Source: Azolla caroliniana
Lineage: Eukaryota; Plantae; Polypodiophyta
DNA length: 64,000 nucleotides
NCBI GenBank assembly: GCA_043228905.1
Contig: JBHGNT010000006.1
Location: 2,108,001 to 2,172,000 of the forward strand
Reading direction: 5' to 3'
Shown piece after piece: positions 1-18,000 of the stretch. Every line of letters starts with the position of its first letter. Position 1 is the first letter of the stretch. The position numbers and the translations under genes are program-made. The notes under the pieces are model-generated. The model made no database searches, was not told the DNA's origin, and saw only the letters and a list, made by a program, of their open reading frames with translations.

Positions 1-2117
1 GACGGAAGAGTGTGTTGATGGGCCCCACCGAGTAGGGCAAGTTGCTAGGTTAACAAAACTCATGAATCATGGGCTATGCAAATCTGGGCACCAGAATCCC
101 GACAAATGGCCGGCCGGACGGTTTCCTACCTTTGGGCCGAACCAGATCGGCCAAAGGTAGAAAGCCGGCTGGCCATTTCTGTGGACAGAGGGCACGCCAT
201 GCCTAAAGTCTTTCCCATGAAATTTAACTCACACTTGGGTCGGGGGTCCTATTCATATGTTTTTTTTTGGCCTGCCATAAAGCCCTAAAAGTAATGGTTG
301 TAACGATTAATTAGCGAGGATTAAGCCAGTCCTAATAACTAGTCTAAACAAAAACAGGCTAATCAGTAAGCTTAATCAGTATGATTAATTAATCAACTTT
401 ATCATCCCCTATCATTAAGCCTAATCCGCTTCCTAATCTTCATTTTTAAGAAACAAATTATTGGATTCAATATGTTGTTCCTGCATTTGGCCAAGGAGAA
501 GAGGATAGAGGAAAGAAGAAACAATGGAGCCTATATTCTTTTGAGAGCATCTGTCTATCTGGCGATGGCGCGCTTCCTACAAATTCCTTCTCCTTTTTCA
601 TTCTAATCGCTATCATCTTCATTAGCAGGAGCAGCATCATTATTAGACATATTCAACGTCTCAATCAAATAATCAAGTCAATTTCCTGACCTAGCTAAAT
701 CATGTGGATATGGCTACGAGCTTTTACAACTTTATTTTCATCATCATCAACAGTAACCTCTGCTTAACCTATACTCAGAGCTGGTTTACTGTGCTAGAAC
801 TCAAAGATTCATCGGCTCACATGATCAGAAAGTACTGTGTTGTATTACCGCAGTGCATCTTCTTCAAGATAAATGCTCCACCGAAAGTTCAAAAGTAAGA
901 GCTTTATGTTTTTTCTTTTCTTCCTCTATTTACCCCGCCCTACAAGACAGCTTTACACCCAGTAAAGTTTCATTGTTCTATTAAGTGACCTAACCTCTCT
1001 GCTTATCTTTTCTTTTGTTCTTTCTGGATCTTTTCCATCCTTTTACGCACAATTTCCTGCTTACTTTTCTCCAGTAATAAGAACATCGCAGCACTACAGA
1101 CACTTCGCTGTCTTGTCTGAAAGGTTCGAGGGAATCAATGGTTACAATTTGTTCAAAATGGGTTCAGGAGTTGTACTCAGAAATGCGATTTTCTCTCTTC
1201 AAAGAACCTTTTGATATCTTGTGATCAGAAATCAAGATCAATTAATGAGAGGGATCACTTTATCTTCTGAGCATTGATGCGAAACGGAAAGAGAAAAAGG
1301 AACAGTTTCTCTTCTGATCAGAAGCAAACTCCAGTTGTGTGTAAAAGATAAAAGGGGGAAATAGAGAAAAGAAGACAGAAAAACATGAAACCTCTTTTTC
1401 TTCTCTTCTATGCTACATCTTAAATTGTTTGAAGAAGAAGATCCAGCTACGATCTTAAGTCGTTTATTTTTATCTTTGGAATTCGAAACCTTAGGAGTAA
1501 TCACACTTGTCTCTCATTACAATCGGCTGTGCTTGTATTTAAATATCAGGAGGCTTCTTTAGCGCTGACTCGCGTTTCAATGACGAGGAAGGAATTTACG
1601 GGAAATTCACTCATCATCTACCAACACTAAAGCCTAACCTTAACGCTAACTTAATTTATTTAGAGCCCTGCAGATATATTCATTTTCAGTTTGTTGTCAT
1701 TTAACCTCTTCTTCTTCTTCCACAAGGATTATCATTAGCTCAGCAAAAGTCATTGATTCAATCCAGTACTATGCTTCTTCTGCTTAGCTGCTTTATGAAA
1801 GATTGTGTTTTTTCCTGCCAATAACTCGTAGCTGAGCCTGCGCAGAGAGTACTATCATTAACATATAAAGCTTTAACGCTGTTTGTTTGTCTGAGCAGTA
1901 AATGTATTACCTCTATACAACTATATACTTCATAGCGCAGCTTTCCATGGCCGAGTTTCTAGAACACATCTAAGCTTTACATAGACCATTCGCATGATAT
2001 CAATTTAGTTTGTATAATTCATCCCGCTTACAATAACGCGATAGTATTATTATCATTATGGGGAAGGTTCACGAGCTGCCTCCCAGGAATCTGACAAGCC
2101 AGTTAATCTCGCGGGTG

Positions 2118-5100
2118 ATGTCAAACCCTAATTCTACTGCTCGCCTCGGAACAACACGGAGTTCCACCATTACCAGGAGATGGAGGTGTAGGTGTAGGTT
2201 TCGTCAATTCCCCGTGATCTTTGGTTGTCTCTTCATCTTCATATCTGTCATCACTCCTCTCGTCTTCTTAGCAGCAACGCAGTCTGGTCGACTGTTCTTC
2301 AAACCCAGTAAGTTCTACAGTATAAGACTTGGTTACGTTTTTCCATTAATCTATATAAAGAAACATCTTATTTTCTGGGGGGGCTGAACTAGACTTTGAC
2401 CATCGGCGAAGATCCAGCAGCAGCTATATTGTTGTAAGCTTCCTTCTCTCTCTCTCTCACTCACACACACACACATCCCTCCCTCCCTCCCTCTCTCTCT
2501 CTCGTTCATTGAGACTCCCTTCATTCGCACTTCGCAGCTTACTTATTTCTTTTTAATCACCAGTAATGACCATTTTTCTTTGATTAATACTTCAATATTT
2601 ACCTCTAAAATGTTGACAGGGTCGACCGGATACAACATTTGATCAGATCGAAAGGATATTTCCTAAAGAGGTAATATTTGGAATCAAGTAGTTTTTCAGG
2701 ATAAAAAAGTGAAGTAAATGCTTAATGTGATGTTATGGAAAACGGAATCCGTGTGTTAATGGAAGTTATGCAGGTAATCGGTGCTATTATGGCTAACATT
2801 GACGATTCTGGGCCACTTAACTTAAGTAAAGCTCGTAGAAAAGATTTATCAGTTTCTTGGGTTTTTAATGATGATTCAGAGATAACCGCAGGTTCTTTAC
2901 AGGTAAAATATTGCCGGGTTCAAACTTTTAAGATTCACCTGCTCTATGCATTGTTTTCTTATTTAAATATATCAGAATTCGGCGATGGATGAAATATTTT
3001 CTTCCTTTTCTAGGGCAACGATTCAGTGATCATAAGAAAGGGTCAATCACGATCAGTTAAAGATATGGAAACTATGAAGTTAAATGACCATGTCGGTAAA
3101 GAAACATTAGGTGGGATGTATTTGTCATGTATTTTTCCTTAACGCATGAATATCTACTCAGATAGTTATCGATGTGAACACTTCAATTCATAATGCAGAA
3201 ACTGTGCTACAAACAAACAATCTCACATTATCTCCTGCTCAAAATGCAAGACTTGTAAGCTTTCGACATTCTCTCTACTTGTAACATTGTTTTAAAAGAA
3301 ACCTGGCCGTATTCAAGTTTCATTCTTGATATTTAATGAGCGAGAAGGCATCTTGATATTACGCAGAACATGCGAATTCAAAGAAAAGTGAAGAGGTTGA
3401 AACAACTCTCCAGGAAGAATACAGATTGGTCAGCGGAGAGAATAGAGAAGGTCGTGTTGGAGAGAGCAAAGAATATTGGTAGTAGTAATGTGTTAAACAA
3501 GTATAGCATTTGGAGGAAAGAAAACGATGAGAACTCGGATTCTTTTGTGAGGCTAATGCGAGATCAATTGATTATGGCAAAGGTATATGCAAGTATAGCT
3601 CAGTCTCAGAACCGACGACAATTATTCCATGACCTCCGGATGAGGATAAGAGAGAGCCAGTCCACGCTTGGGGAAGCCAGCATCGACTCAGAGTTGCCAC
3701 ACAGGTTTTTCTACTTTCTTGACTCTGTTTAAATTTCATTGAGTTGGAACAGTGCCGGCTGATCATCACAATCCATGAGAAGAAAAGTATTTATTTTTAG
3801 TTTGGAGATGCCACGTTGCAATTGGACAAAAAGGGTATCTTATAAGAGCATTTGCAGGTTTGATCCTGCGTTTCACTAATATAATCCATATATAAACAGT
3901 GAGATGTCACTTGGTTTTGGAATCGGAATACTGATAACTGAGGAAGATCATTTGGCTTCGGCCAATTCAAATTCTTTGCCAGAAAAATAGATTTCTCTGT
4001 TGGATAAAGAATGAACGAGAGTTTGGGGTAATTTCTATAATTCAACCTTTATTTAAGCTGAGGTCTGTTTAGGAGTAGGTTAAAAAAAAGGGGTCTGGAC
4101 GGTTACATATGAAAGGCAATTAATTTCAAATGCAATCTCATCCAACTTGGAATTGAGTTTATCTCTAAATCTGTTTTGGAAGTCTACTATAGAATATGGA
4201 TCACTGCCTAATACACCTTAATAATTAGGCTACCTCTGCGTAGTGAAATATTGAGAATGCTGCGTGTTTAAATAGATGATTTTGAATGACTACTATATTC
4301 TCACCTATTAACTGCTACAGTGCCTCGGAGAAGATAAAATTAATGGGGCAGATACTCTCCACAGCAAGAGAGGAATTATATGACTGTCCGAGCATTGCAA
4401 AGAAACTTAGAGCTATGTTGCAATTATCAGAAGGTCAAGCTCGAGTACTGAAGAAGCAAACCACATTTTTGAGCCAGCTTGCTGCCAAAACACTTCCCAA
4501 AGACATACATTGTTTGTCCATGAGGCTTACCATAGATTATTACAAGCTATCGGAAGAAAAAAGACAGTTTCCAAGTCAAGAAAAGCTGGAGGACACAAGT
4601 CTTTTCCATTATGCATTGTTCTCAGACAACGTGCTAGCAGCATCTGTGGTTGTGAACTCAACAATCCATAATGCAAAGGTAAGGTGTATTTCACAATAAT
4701 GAAATAGATTTTCTAGTTCATCATGTACTTAATATTTTGATATCTGCTAGTAGTTGTTTGTATATCACGTAATGATCCTGAGTCCTATTTGTAAATTCTA
4801 TAGACAGGACACTAATGTAACTAATTGTAATGCACTAATCGTTCTACTTTGTAGATAGGACTATATTTTTAACACATACTACTGATAATTGCACTTAAAT
4901 AAGTTCTGGTTTGTATGTACTAAATTATCAGGAACCCAAGAAGCATGTGTTCCATCTTGTCACTGATAAGCTCAACTATCCAGCCATAAAAATGTGGTTT
5001 CTAGCAAATCCACCTGGAAATGCAGTTATCGATGTGCAAAACATTGACGATTTTACATGGCTCAATTCCTCCTATTGTCCTGTGCTGAGGCAGCTGGAGT

Positions 5101-6213
5101 CAGCTGCAATGAAAGAGTATTACTTCAAAGCAGACCATCCAACCACCATAGCTGCCGAATCTTCCAATTTGAAGTATCGCAATCCGAAATATCTATCTAT
5201 GCTGAATCATCTCCGGTTTTACCTTCCCGAAGTTTACCCAAAACTGGACAAAATCCTTTTCTTAGATGATGACATTGTTGTACAGAAAGATCTAACTCCT
5301 CTCTGGTCCGTGAATCTGCAAGGGAAAGTGAATGGCGCTGTAGAGACATGTGGCCGGAGTTTCCATCGTTTCGACAAATATCTTAATTTCTCGAATCCTC
5401 ACATTAAGAGCAACTTCAGTCCTCATTCTTGTGGATGGGCGTATGGGATGAATATGTTTGATTTGGAGCAATGGAAGAAGAAGGATATCACAGGCATCTA
5501 CCATAACTGGCAAAACATGGTAAGCTCCTAAACTGCCTTTCTGGTATCTAATATTTATCTGAAAAAACAGTAATATTGTTGCTATCCAAGGTCTAAAAAT
5601 ATGAATATGCTAACCCGGTGGTTGTATTTCCTTCGTTTTAATTCATGCTCCTTAGAGAATAACTTATCGATGACATATAGCATGCCTAAATTCTTAGTAT
5701 TAGAAGACCTATATCTGGCATTATACATCAATTTATTTATGTTTGTTCAAAAATGTTCCAATTATACCACCATTCTAACACCTATAACTATCAATCTACC
5801 TTATCTACATGCTCTAAGAACCTCTTTCCTTATCTATACTCAATGCATTTGAATATGCAACCGACGTGGTCATAATGTTTTTTAATATTTCTAAGAAACG
5901 TTTTTGTTACTCTAATCCTAACTTTTCCTTTGATCAGAATGAAGACCGTACTCTATGGAAGTTAGGGACTTTGCCGCCTGGTCTCATCACATTTTACGGG
6001 TTGACACATCCTTTAGAGAAATCTTGGCACGTTTTGGGCTTAGGTTATAACCCAAGTGTTGATAGAGGTGAGATAGAAGGTGCTGCTGTTATACATTACA
6101 ATGGGAACATGAAACCCTGGTTAGAGATTGGGATGACCAAGTATAGGCACTATTGGACAAGGTATGTAAATTATGGTAGTAGTTACTTGCAACAGTATTG
6201 TAATGTTAAGTAG
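2118..6213 (+). CDS. GAUT: Galacturonosyltransferase, GT8 family, GAUT1/GAUT3-like (type II Golgi membrane protein), about 707 aa, 10 coding exons
   Basis: GT-AG exon chain stays in frame: 2118-2307, 2393-2433, 2620-2670, 2774-2902, 3014-3110, 3199-3254, 3367-3704, 4321-4678, 4932-5519, 5938-6213. An in-frame alternative ATG lies at 2058. N-terminal TM segment FPVIFGCLFIFISVITPLVFLAA. GAUT motifs HCLSMRLT, HYALFSDNVLAASVVVNST, NHLRFYLPE, FLDDDIVVQKDL (DxD), CGWAYGMN, LWKLGTLPPGL, IHYNGNMKPW. Confidence 0.95.
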
Positions 6214-8065
6214 TGAGATTGGTTAAGATATTCTATAAATCAAATTCAGGGAATAGCATTCTTTAACAATCAGAGCAACCAAAAAAATGTATGTACACAT
6301 TCTTGTTCAACGGTCAAGATTGTCTGGATCTTGGTCACCACCATAGCCCAATACCATGTAAAGCTTTTCGTCAAATTGCCTTTTGAGTTTCCACATCCAT
6401 GACCGGTTCCCTCCCCCCAAAAACATTTATTTGAGATTATGCAAGAATAATGATCTCATTACTTCCAAGAATACAGAGAAAAAGGGAGAGTAAGTCATGA
6501 AAACGATGAATTTTGTTTGAGAATAACGAAATGCATGATAATGTCATGTGTTTTGCGTACTACTTTGACAGCGATGATATGTCTGTTTGTAAACGTTTAC
6601 TTCTTTTGAGGATTGAATATTTGGAATAAAAAAGGATCACGCACTCTTTGTACAAGCTAATACAAAATGCAATTCTCAAGATTTGCTTCCAAGTAAAAGA
6701 TGGGTGGCCTCCTTGCTTGTGAAGAAAGACAGGCATGGTAAAATTCTTGGGATGTAAAAATAACACCCGGAATGCATCATGATAGTGTCCATGGGTTCTT
6801 CTTTATAAAAGCAAACCATGCCCATGGCACCCAAAGAATGGCATGAAGTGTGAGTGAGTTGGGTGCACCATCATACATCCACTTTCAAGGACACAAAAAG
6901 CTATTTGTAGTTGCTTCAAATTTTTTATAGAGCAAATAATGTCTATCCGTTGGGATATTAAAGGAAACATGATGATGTCAGATGAGGTAATAAAATCATC
7001 ACGAGAAGTTCACATTGATGCACATCAACCGATATTTTTCACGTAACTTTACCTTGTTGACCTGAATTATGTAGAAATAGATTTAAAACATGAGAATCAT
7101 AAGTGATTCTCCAAATGAGAGGAATTCTAATTGATAAATAATTAAATCATCAACTCCACTATTTATATGTGAAAGGTCACAAAAGGCTTGTTCAGTAAAT
7201 TAATATTGTAAGGCATCCTTGAAAAAGAGGGATTCTCATCAATTATGTAATCCTATTCTCGTACAATGTAAGTCATATATTGTTTATGTGGTTCCCAAAT
7301 TGTGTTATGGTACTTTAATTGTTATTTGTTTGCAATGCAAGATTTACATTTTGAAGCACAATCTTTTGATTTGCAACATTTAAGGTTATGGGTTCCAAAT
7401 GGAGACGTTGTCAAATCCAATTGACAATTTTTAACCTTGAGAAATAAAGCCTTTTACAAGGGCGAACATTAAAAATAAAGCCTTTCCACAGCATTGACAA
7501 TTAATAAAGCCTTTTGCATTGGAAACTAGTTTTATATAAATAATTTGCAGTATCTTTGATATAACTTCTAGGGTTTGGAAAACACTTATCCCCATAGCAA
7601 TATTGTTTAAGTCGTAAACTTCTTAGCGTAATAATGCCTATCTCTATTTTACTTTTAACATGTTCGGGTCTCTAAAATAGATTCTCTTTACTACACAATA
7701 CTAACCGATGGATCCACACATAGATGAACCTCTAGGGTTCTGAACTAGGAGAGAAATGAGATGGACAAATTTCAAGAAGAAGATTTGGGCTAAACGATTA
7801 TATAGATTGATTTCCATTAGTCTTGTTTACTTTTTGCTACTATAAGATATCCTGCAATTGTGCATTGCACACGTGCATGGAGAAACCATGCAAACATTCA
7901 GGGCCACACATCACCAAGTCAATAGTCAATTGGTCAAGCAAACACCATACACAACACGTGATTCAATTCATGCAGTAAGCTCATTATGGCCTTATTTGAC
8001 ATTTTACATTTTATATATTAACATGCAAAGTTGTTCATTCACTATGACCCGACTCAAGATTTTTT

Positions 8066-8600
8066 GGTGAGAGCAATTCATTCATCCCTACATACAGCCA
8101 GCTACCCTTTCATAATTTCACAAATTGAATATTTTGATGATAATTACGTATGTAGGTATTCTGGATAAAATGCTCAACTTGCATATATTCGGTGAGAGCC
8201 ATCATTTCATAATCTCACAAACGATAAAATGCTCTATTCGCATATACTTGGTGAGAGAAATTTGTTCATCTCTACATACAGCCAGGCAGCCTTTCAATAT
8301 CTCACAAATTGAATATTCCAATAATAATTACATCTGTAGGTATCTGGATAAAATGCTCTACTCGCATATACTTGGTGAGAGAAATTTGTTCATCTAGCCA
8401 GCCACCCTTTCATAATCTCACAAATTGAATATTCCCATAATAATTACATCTGTAGGTATCTGGATAAAATGCTCTACTCGCATATATTTGGTGAGAGAAA
8501 TTTGTTAATCTCTACATATAACCAGCCACCCTTTCATAATTTCACAAATTGAATAATTTGACAGCAATACATATGTAGGTATCTGGATTAAATGCTCAGC
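8066..8600. repeat. Tandem array of about 4.5 copies of a ~120 bp unit
   Basis: GGTGAGAG anchors at 8066, 8191, 8250, 8374 and 8490, with shared core CACAAATTGAATATT...GTAGGTATCTGGATAAAATGCTC. The second copy is internally deleted. Confidence 0.9.
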
Positions 8601-9332
8601 ATGTTTGATCCACAATAAAAATAGCCATTTGGTATTTGTTTCACAATAAACGCAACGCATCAAACAAACAAAAGAATCATTTTGTCGTTCAGCAAATTAT
8701 AAAACCAGCAGCAGAACAAAGTAGTAAAGGATAAATGTGTATCAATACATTTTAAGGGAGAAGACAGAGAAACCAAGTACAAATTTACTCACTTCACCTT
8801 AAGACCAAAATAGTTAATAGCTACAAAATTCAGAAGAAACTAATTTAACCAACACAATTTTCACAGTAACTAGTGTTAAAATTAGATTCAGTCACAAAAC
8901 ATTGGGGTCCATGCAATATTCCCCATACATAAAACAGACTTAAGGAGAAATCTGCCACTTCTGATCTAGGTGCTTTTTTAAGTGCTTTTGGATTGGCCCA
9001 AGAATCCTTGGGAAATCATTTAAAAGCCCACTTAAAATTCAATCAGAAAATTGTATTAACTCATTGATATTCCAGATTAGTACTTCCACAAGGTCAGCAT
9101 ACTGTTATGATTTAAAATGCTCCATTCAGTAATACTGTATTAACTCATTCACATTCAGATTAACTTTGTTTCAAAGTAGCATTCAGGGACCGCCCATTAC
9201 TCCAGCCAGTGGATCACTGATGTCCAAATAAGCCAAACAGCAAGGTAGTAAGTTCACACGTAGATGTTCTGTACAATGAAGCACACAAACCTATCATACA
9301 TGCTACAAATGACTGGACAAGCTTCAAGCTAC

Positions 9333-9458
9333 CTGCAATTGATATTAAAATTTATTAGTTTAAAATGGAATAGAAGCTAGCTTGGTTTTTATGATAGTAT
9401 ATACATAAGCCAGAATGAAAAGACAAATACTTCACTAACCCTCAACAAAGTGGAGTAC
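9333..9458 (-). other. Predicted 126-nt 3'UTR intron of eIF4A-III starting 7 nt after the stop codon
   Basis: Minus strand reads TGA-TTTGCAG|GTACTC ... AACTAAT (branch-point-like, about 25 nt upstream of the acceptor) ... AATTGCAG|G. The interior is T-rich. Confidence 0.65.
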
Positions 9459-9465
9459 CTGCAAA

Positions 9466-13063
<3,598 letters not shown>

Positions 13064-13179
13064 GGCAGCACAGAGCAGGGAAAGGAAGAGAGAGAGAAGA
13101 ATCCCAACGAAACACGAAGCACGTTTCTGACGGCAGGCGACGAGCGAATCAACAGAAGAAAGAGTGGCAGCGGGATCAG

Positions 13180-13440
13180 CAAACAAAACCCTAACCCTAA
13201 TCTTCTGCAAAAACCAGAGCGCTAGGGTTCCTTCCACTGGTGTTTCTTTTTTTGTTTCTTTACCGAGACTGTGTGCCCCTTTAAATTTTATTTTTTCTGT
13301 CTTCAGTTCTCTTCGTTTCACACTATGGCGTGACAATAAAATCAAGTATGATGTTTAAAGGGCGACGACGGCCCAAGCCAAATAGGCACCGGTCACATCT
13401 CCGTCGGTAAAGAGAGGAACCAGACTCTGTTCTTCTGTCG
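13180..13440. promoter_or_regulatory. Short divergent promoter/leader region between eIF4A-III and the NUMOD3-motif gene, with telo-box and site II elements
   Basis: AAACCCTAA at 13186-13194 (extends as AAACCCTAACCCTAA), TAGGGTT at about 13222 and GGCCCA at 13370. A plus-strand donor GTAAAG at 13441 pairs with acceptor TCTGACAG at 15038, just before ATG 15072. Confidence 0.6.
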
Positions 13441-13619
13441 GTAAAGTCCTCGTACAAAAAATCCTGGGAAATTTTGAACGGCAAAAAATATCCAAAATCT
13501 ACACCTTAATACAATGATCTCCATAGAGTAAAACGGAGCTAATAGTTACTCTATCTTGGTATGGGAAAGACAGTTGAAAGAAGCCAACCTTGTGAAGGGT
13601 TGGCTTTCATTCACCCGCC

Positions 13620-14960
13620 GGCACGGACTAAATCAAGCACTCTCTGACATGTGCAATATGTTTTTGCCCATCACACGGCTCTTCGACCCAAGTTTCCTAT
13701 GCGGTATGTGGTGTATCCCAAGTCTTTGAAGCAAGAAGCACTTTCCGGTCACTCGAAGCTCCCAATCTGAGGCACAAGGTATTGACCATGAAATGATGAA
13801 CTTTGGAAGCATTGTGACCCACCCCATTGTGATTTTGGGAGTGTTTTGTTTGAGAAGATCATTCACCATTCCCATCTTTTGGTGGCATGGTATTGATGAC
13901 TGGTTATAGGAATCTAGTGACAAATCCTAGTCTTGCTTGTTACCCCTTTGAAGCTTTTGAGTTCACCCCACATTTGCTCACACCCCGATTTTGGCATATT
14001 AATAATTGTCAAATATTGAAGCATTATCATGTGGTGCTTGAAATATCATTGGATATAGTAAAAGTAGACCCATATATTGAATTGTTCATAGGTATTTATA
14101 AACTCGATTGATATGGTGTTAACCTTATTTCCTTGGTATTGGCTTTCACAGATGATGATAAATGTCGATTTGGATTTGACATTGGGATATTCATCTCATT
14201 GATCAACACATACTATCACTATGTCCATGTTCACTAAACCTATTGTGATACTAGAATGTAGCCCTCTTCAAATCATCAACTTTTGCATAGGATTTTGCAT
14301 CAAGGCCGGAAGAGGAAGGAGACTCAATTAAGATTTTTATTCCTTTATTTGTCTCCTTCATGGAAAGTAGTAATCAACGGAATGTATTTAGACCCTAAAA
14401 GTGTGTTGTGTTGAACATGAATCCCATGAATTAATGAAAAGTCAGACATGCACACACCCTCTCTCCAACAACAAATGCTTCCTAGGTTGGCAACATCCAC
14501 AACCCACGCTTGTTAGGCAACACATGATTGTTACCAATGTCTCCTTTAGTCTTTCATCACACCAACATGACACCAATGCAATCCTTCATAACCAAAGAAT
14601 GATGTATAAATTGATACATTGCCTGCTGGTAGTAATAACTCCTTGTTTTGTTCATGAATAATAACTTGATACATACATACATGCATATTTTTGTCATCAA
14701 ATGATTAATATTCCTACAACAACAACTTCCATGATCAACAAGAAGGGTAGAGCCCATATTTGGAATCAAATCATTGGGATGTCTAACATATCAGGAAAAT
14801 GAAGTAATCGTGGCCAGGGAACTACAGAGAATGATTGCCATTTCAAATGATTGATGATATGATATACACATACATTGTCACCGGGATTGGCCAAGCATGA
14901 CCTCCGCTCCTTGTAACCATGTTGATGGAATGGATACCACCATGATAGATAGGTAGCTAG
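13620..14960. mobile_element. Heavily decayed repeat-derived sequence (possibly LINE) inside the predicted 5'UTR intron
   Basis: Broken ORF fragments with no intact domain, in CpG-poor, TG/CA-rich sequence typical of old methylated repeats. Family cannot be assigned by eye. Confidence 0.3.
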
Positions 14961-15071
14961 ATACATCCTTTTAAGTTTTGACTAATCTTTAACACATATA
15001 TGTACATATATAGCTTACTCGTGTCCATAGTCTGACAGTGAAGACAAACAGAAAAAGATAATGTTGTAGCT

Positions 15072-18000
15072 ATGGCGCTGCTCTACCGCGACGTTTGGCC
15101 ACTCAGAGAAGGCCCTCAAACCACATCCCCCCCTATTCAGCGTCTCTATAATCAATCCATCAGGTCATCTTCACACACGCTGTCAAGATTTTGGAGGTTT
15201 CACCTCCATGGGAGCTTCGCAAAACTTTCCAGTCCCGTACGTCATTCTTCTTCGTCTTCGAATAGTTTTGATTCATCAGAGATTTTACAAGAATGCAGGA
15301 TCAATGCATCAGTAGCTCATGGATCTGAACCAGCTAATAATGATCTTAATGACTCTGATGAACGTGGTTATAGCGGTCTAATTGCCTCTGAATATGCCAA
15401 AAGTGGCCTTAATGAAAATGCCGATAGTGGTACTAGTAGTGCATATGTATGTGAGACCGATGATATCGGTGAGCGTGAAAGGAAAAGGAGAGAAAGAATC
15501 GGTACTGCCAACAAGGGAAAGATTCCATGGAATAAAGGCAAATCTCACTCTCCAGGTATCCCTTTCAACTATTGGGTGCTAGATATCTAGTTTATAAATC
15601 CATTTTCTAGGAGGATGTGGTAGTTAAAGTGTTAGTATAATGATTTGAAAGCTAAAACATCAACAATTAGAAGGAAATATTATTCTTTTCAACCATTGGG
15701 TCACGCAAAGTAAATTTGTAGCTAGGTGTTGCATGCAGTTAATGCTATTGTTTTCAACCCCGGATACGTGGAAAAATGGATTTTGTAGAGATTTTTAGGA
15801 GGAGAGTGATAGTTTATAATTGGTAATTAAGTGTTAGTGTAATGATCTCAAAGTCAAAATATAAATGTGTTTCATGAAAGAAAACCCATTGTTTTAGGCG
15901 TGAATTCTTCACCCTAAGCTTATATACAATCACATTTATACATTTTGTCTGTATTTATGACTTCTTGTTGATATGTAAAGGCATTGCTTCCACACTGTGC
16001 TTTAGAATCCAGTGTATTACTTCACTACTACATTTTGACAATGTAACCTCATGTTTTGTGCCTTTCCTTGAGTCAATCTTCCATGTCATGTAATAGTAAG
16101 CTCTCTTGTTACATTTCAGCCACAATTGCTTTGATGAAGGAGAGGAACAAAGTAGTGATGCAAGATCCAAGAGTAAGAGATCTCCCTTGTCCAATAACTA
16201 TCTTATTGCAAAATAACAAAGAAACTCCTTCCCCTTCCCTCACCCTCTAGGGTGGAAATCTGTTCTCCGTATAACAAAAGTTCAGTTCATTCATTACAGA
16301 TAAGGGAGAAACTTCGGAAATATTCCCACCCTCAAAGGTATACTTTTCATGCTCAGCGGAAATTAGAGAGGAAAGGATGTTTGAATTCCATGTACTAAGT
16401 ATTTTCTCATTCGGTCTCATTTGCAGTCCAGAAACCAGGGAGAAGCTCAGAGTATTTATGAGATCTAGGATGGAATATGAGAGAAAACAATTGACACTTA
16501 TACAAGAGTGGAAAGATGTCATTGCTGAGAATGCCAGGATCGGAAACTTAGGAGATGACGAACTTCAGTGGGATAGCTACACTATTCTGAAGGATCAGTT
16601 ACGCCAAGAGCACATCAACAATAAAAAGAAAAAGAAAGAGAAGGTCCATAGGTCTTTGCCATTGGAGCAAAGACTGAAGATATCTGCGTCAGTTAGAGCT
16701 AAATGGGAGGATCCTGTAAGGTCATTCAGATACTTTTGAAGAGGCATGTAGCTCTAGATTTTTATGATTGTTTAATAGCTTACTGTTTTATGGAGGCATA
16801 TTGTTTGAAAATCTAGCATCAATAAGGAACTAAAAAACAAAAACTATGGTAGAAATTAATTCTCATGTTTTTCCTCAAAGTAGTCATACTCAAGAATGCT
16901 AGTTTTGGAGAGAGAAAACGAAGCAGCAAGATACATTCTAATGAAAAACCACTGAAAAGGTAATAGGAGAATAGTCATGGAGAGATGGATAGGTTTTATT
17001 ATTGTTCTCGAAGGTGACCAATGGGATGAAAACTGAATCATTTTTGCGTAGTAGGTGTGGATTTGAGTAGCGATTCTCGATGTTCAAGAATTCTTGAGAA
17101 TTGCATAGTGAAAAGTTGAATCTAATGACAAACCACTGAAAAGATGATAGGAGAATAGTCATGGAGAGATGGATTGGTTTTATTATTGTTCTCGGAGGTC
17201 AAATATGACCAATGCGACTAAAACTGAATCGTTTTTGCATAGTATGCGTGGAATTGAGTAACGATTCTGATGTTACAATTTAGATTGCAAATCATGATTA
17301 TGTAGTGAACAAGATCAATGTGTGGAATGGTCGAATGCAACCTATTGTATCAAAGCATGATACTCTAACTCCTTTCAGTATACATCAGACGATCTCTATA
17401 ATGGTTTGATTCCCGATATTCCACTGCTCTAGTTTTCTGGGAAGTGTACAATGCAGTCAGATGCCTCTGAATGCCTTCCAATGATGCATACCCTTCAAAC
17501 TGATAAGAAAGAAACTCTCCTCCGAGATCATTCTGAAGGCACTTCACTATCAGGTCCACTTCTTCACCATCTGTTGCCACTTGATAAACTTTCCAAGAGC
17601 CTCAGCCTTTTCTTCGGGGATATAGACTTGTAGCTGGGAAATCAGATGGACAACTGGTTTTAAACTCTGGTTGGGTATGTAGACAATGGTGTTAAATGCC
17701 TCTGCCTTGAAAGACTCATGGAGATCTGTTCCCTTAAGCATCCATTAGACCATCTCTATGCTAATCTGATTCTAACGTTCTGCTACTTCATTTTTCTGGG
17801 GAGTATAAAAGTTGTCAGCTTGCTGCCTTTGAATGCCTTCTGATGATGCATACTTTTCAAACTGATGGGACAGAAACTTTCCTTCACGATCAGTTCAAAT
17901 TCACCTCACTTTCAGATCATCTGCTGCCAGTTAATAAACTCTTTGAGGAAATATACCCACATCATCCCACTGTAATCATCTAAAATCAGGAAGTTGTATG

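Noticed and set aside
8066-8600. CRISPR-like array
   Set aside because: Whole units are repeated with no unique spacers, the context is eukaryotic and there are no cas genes.
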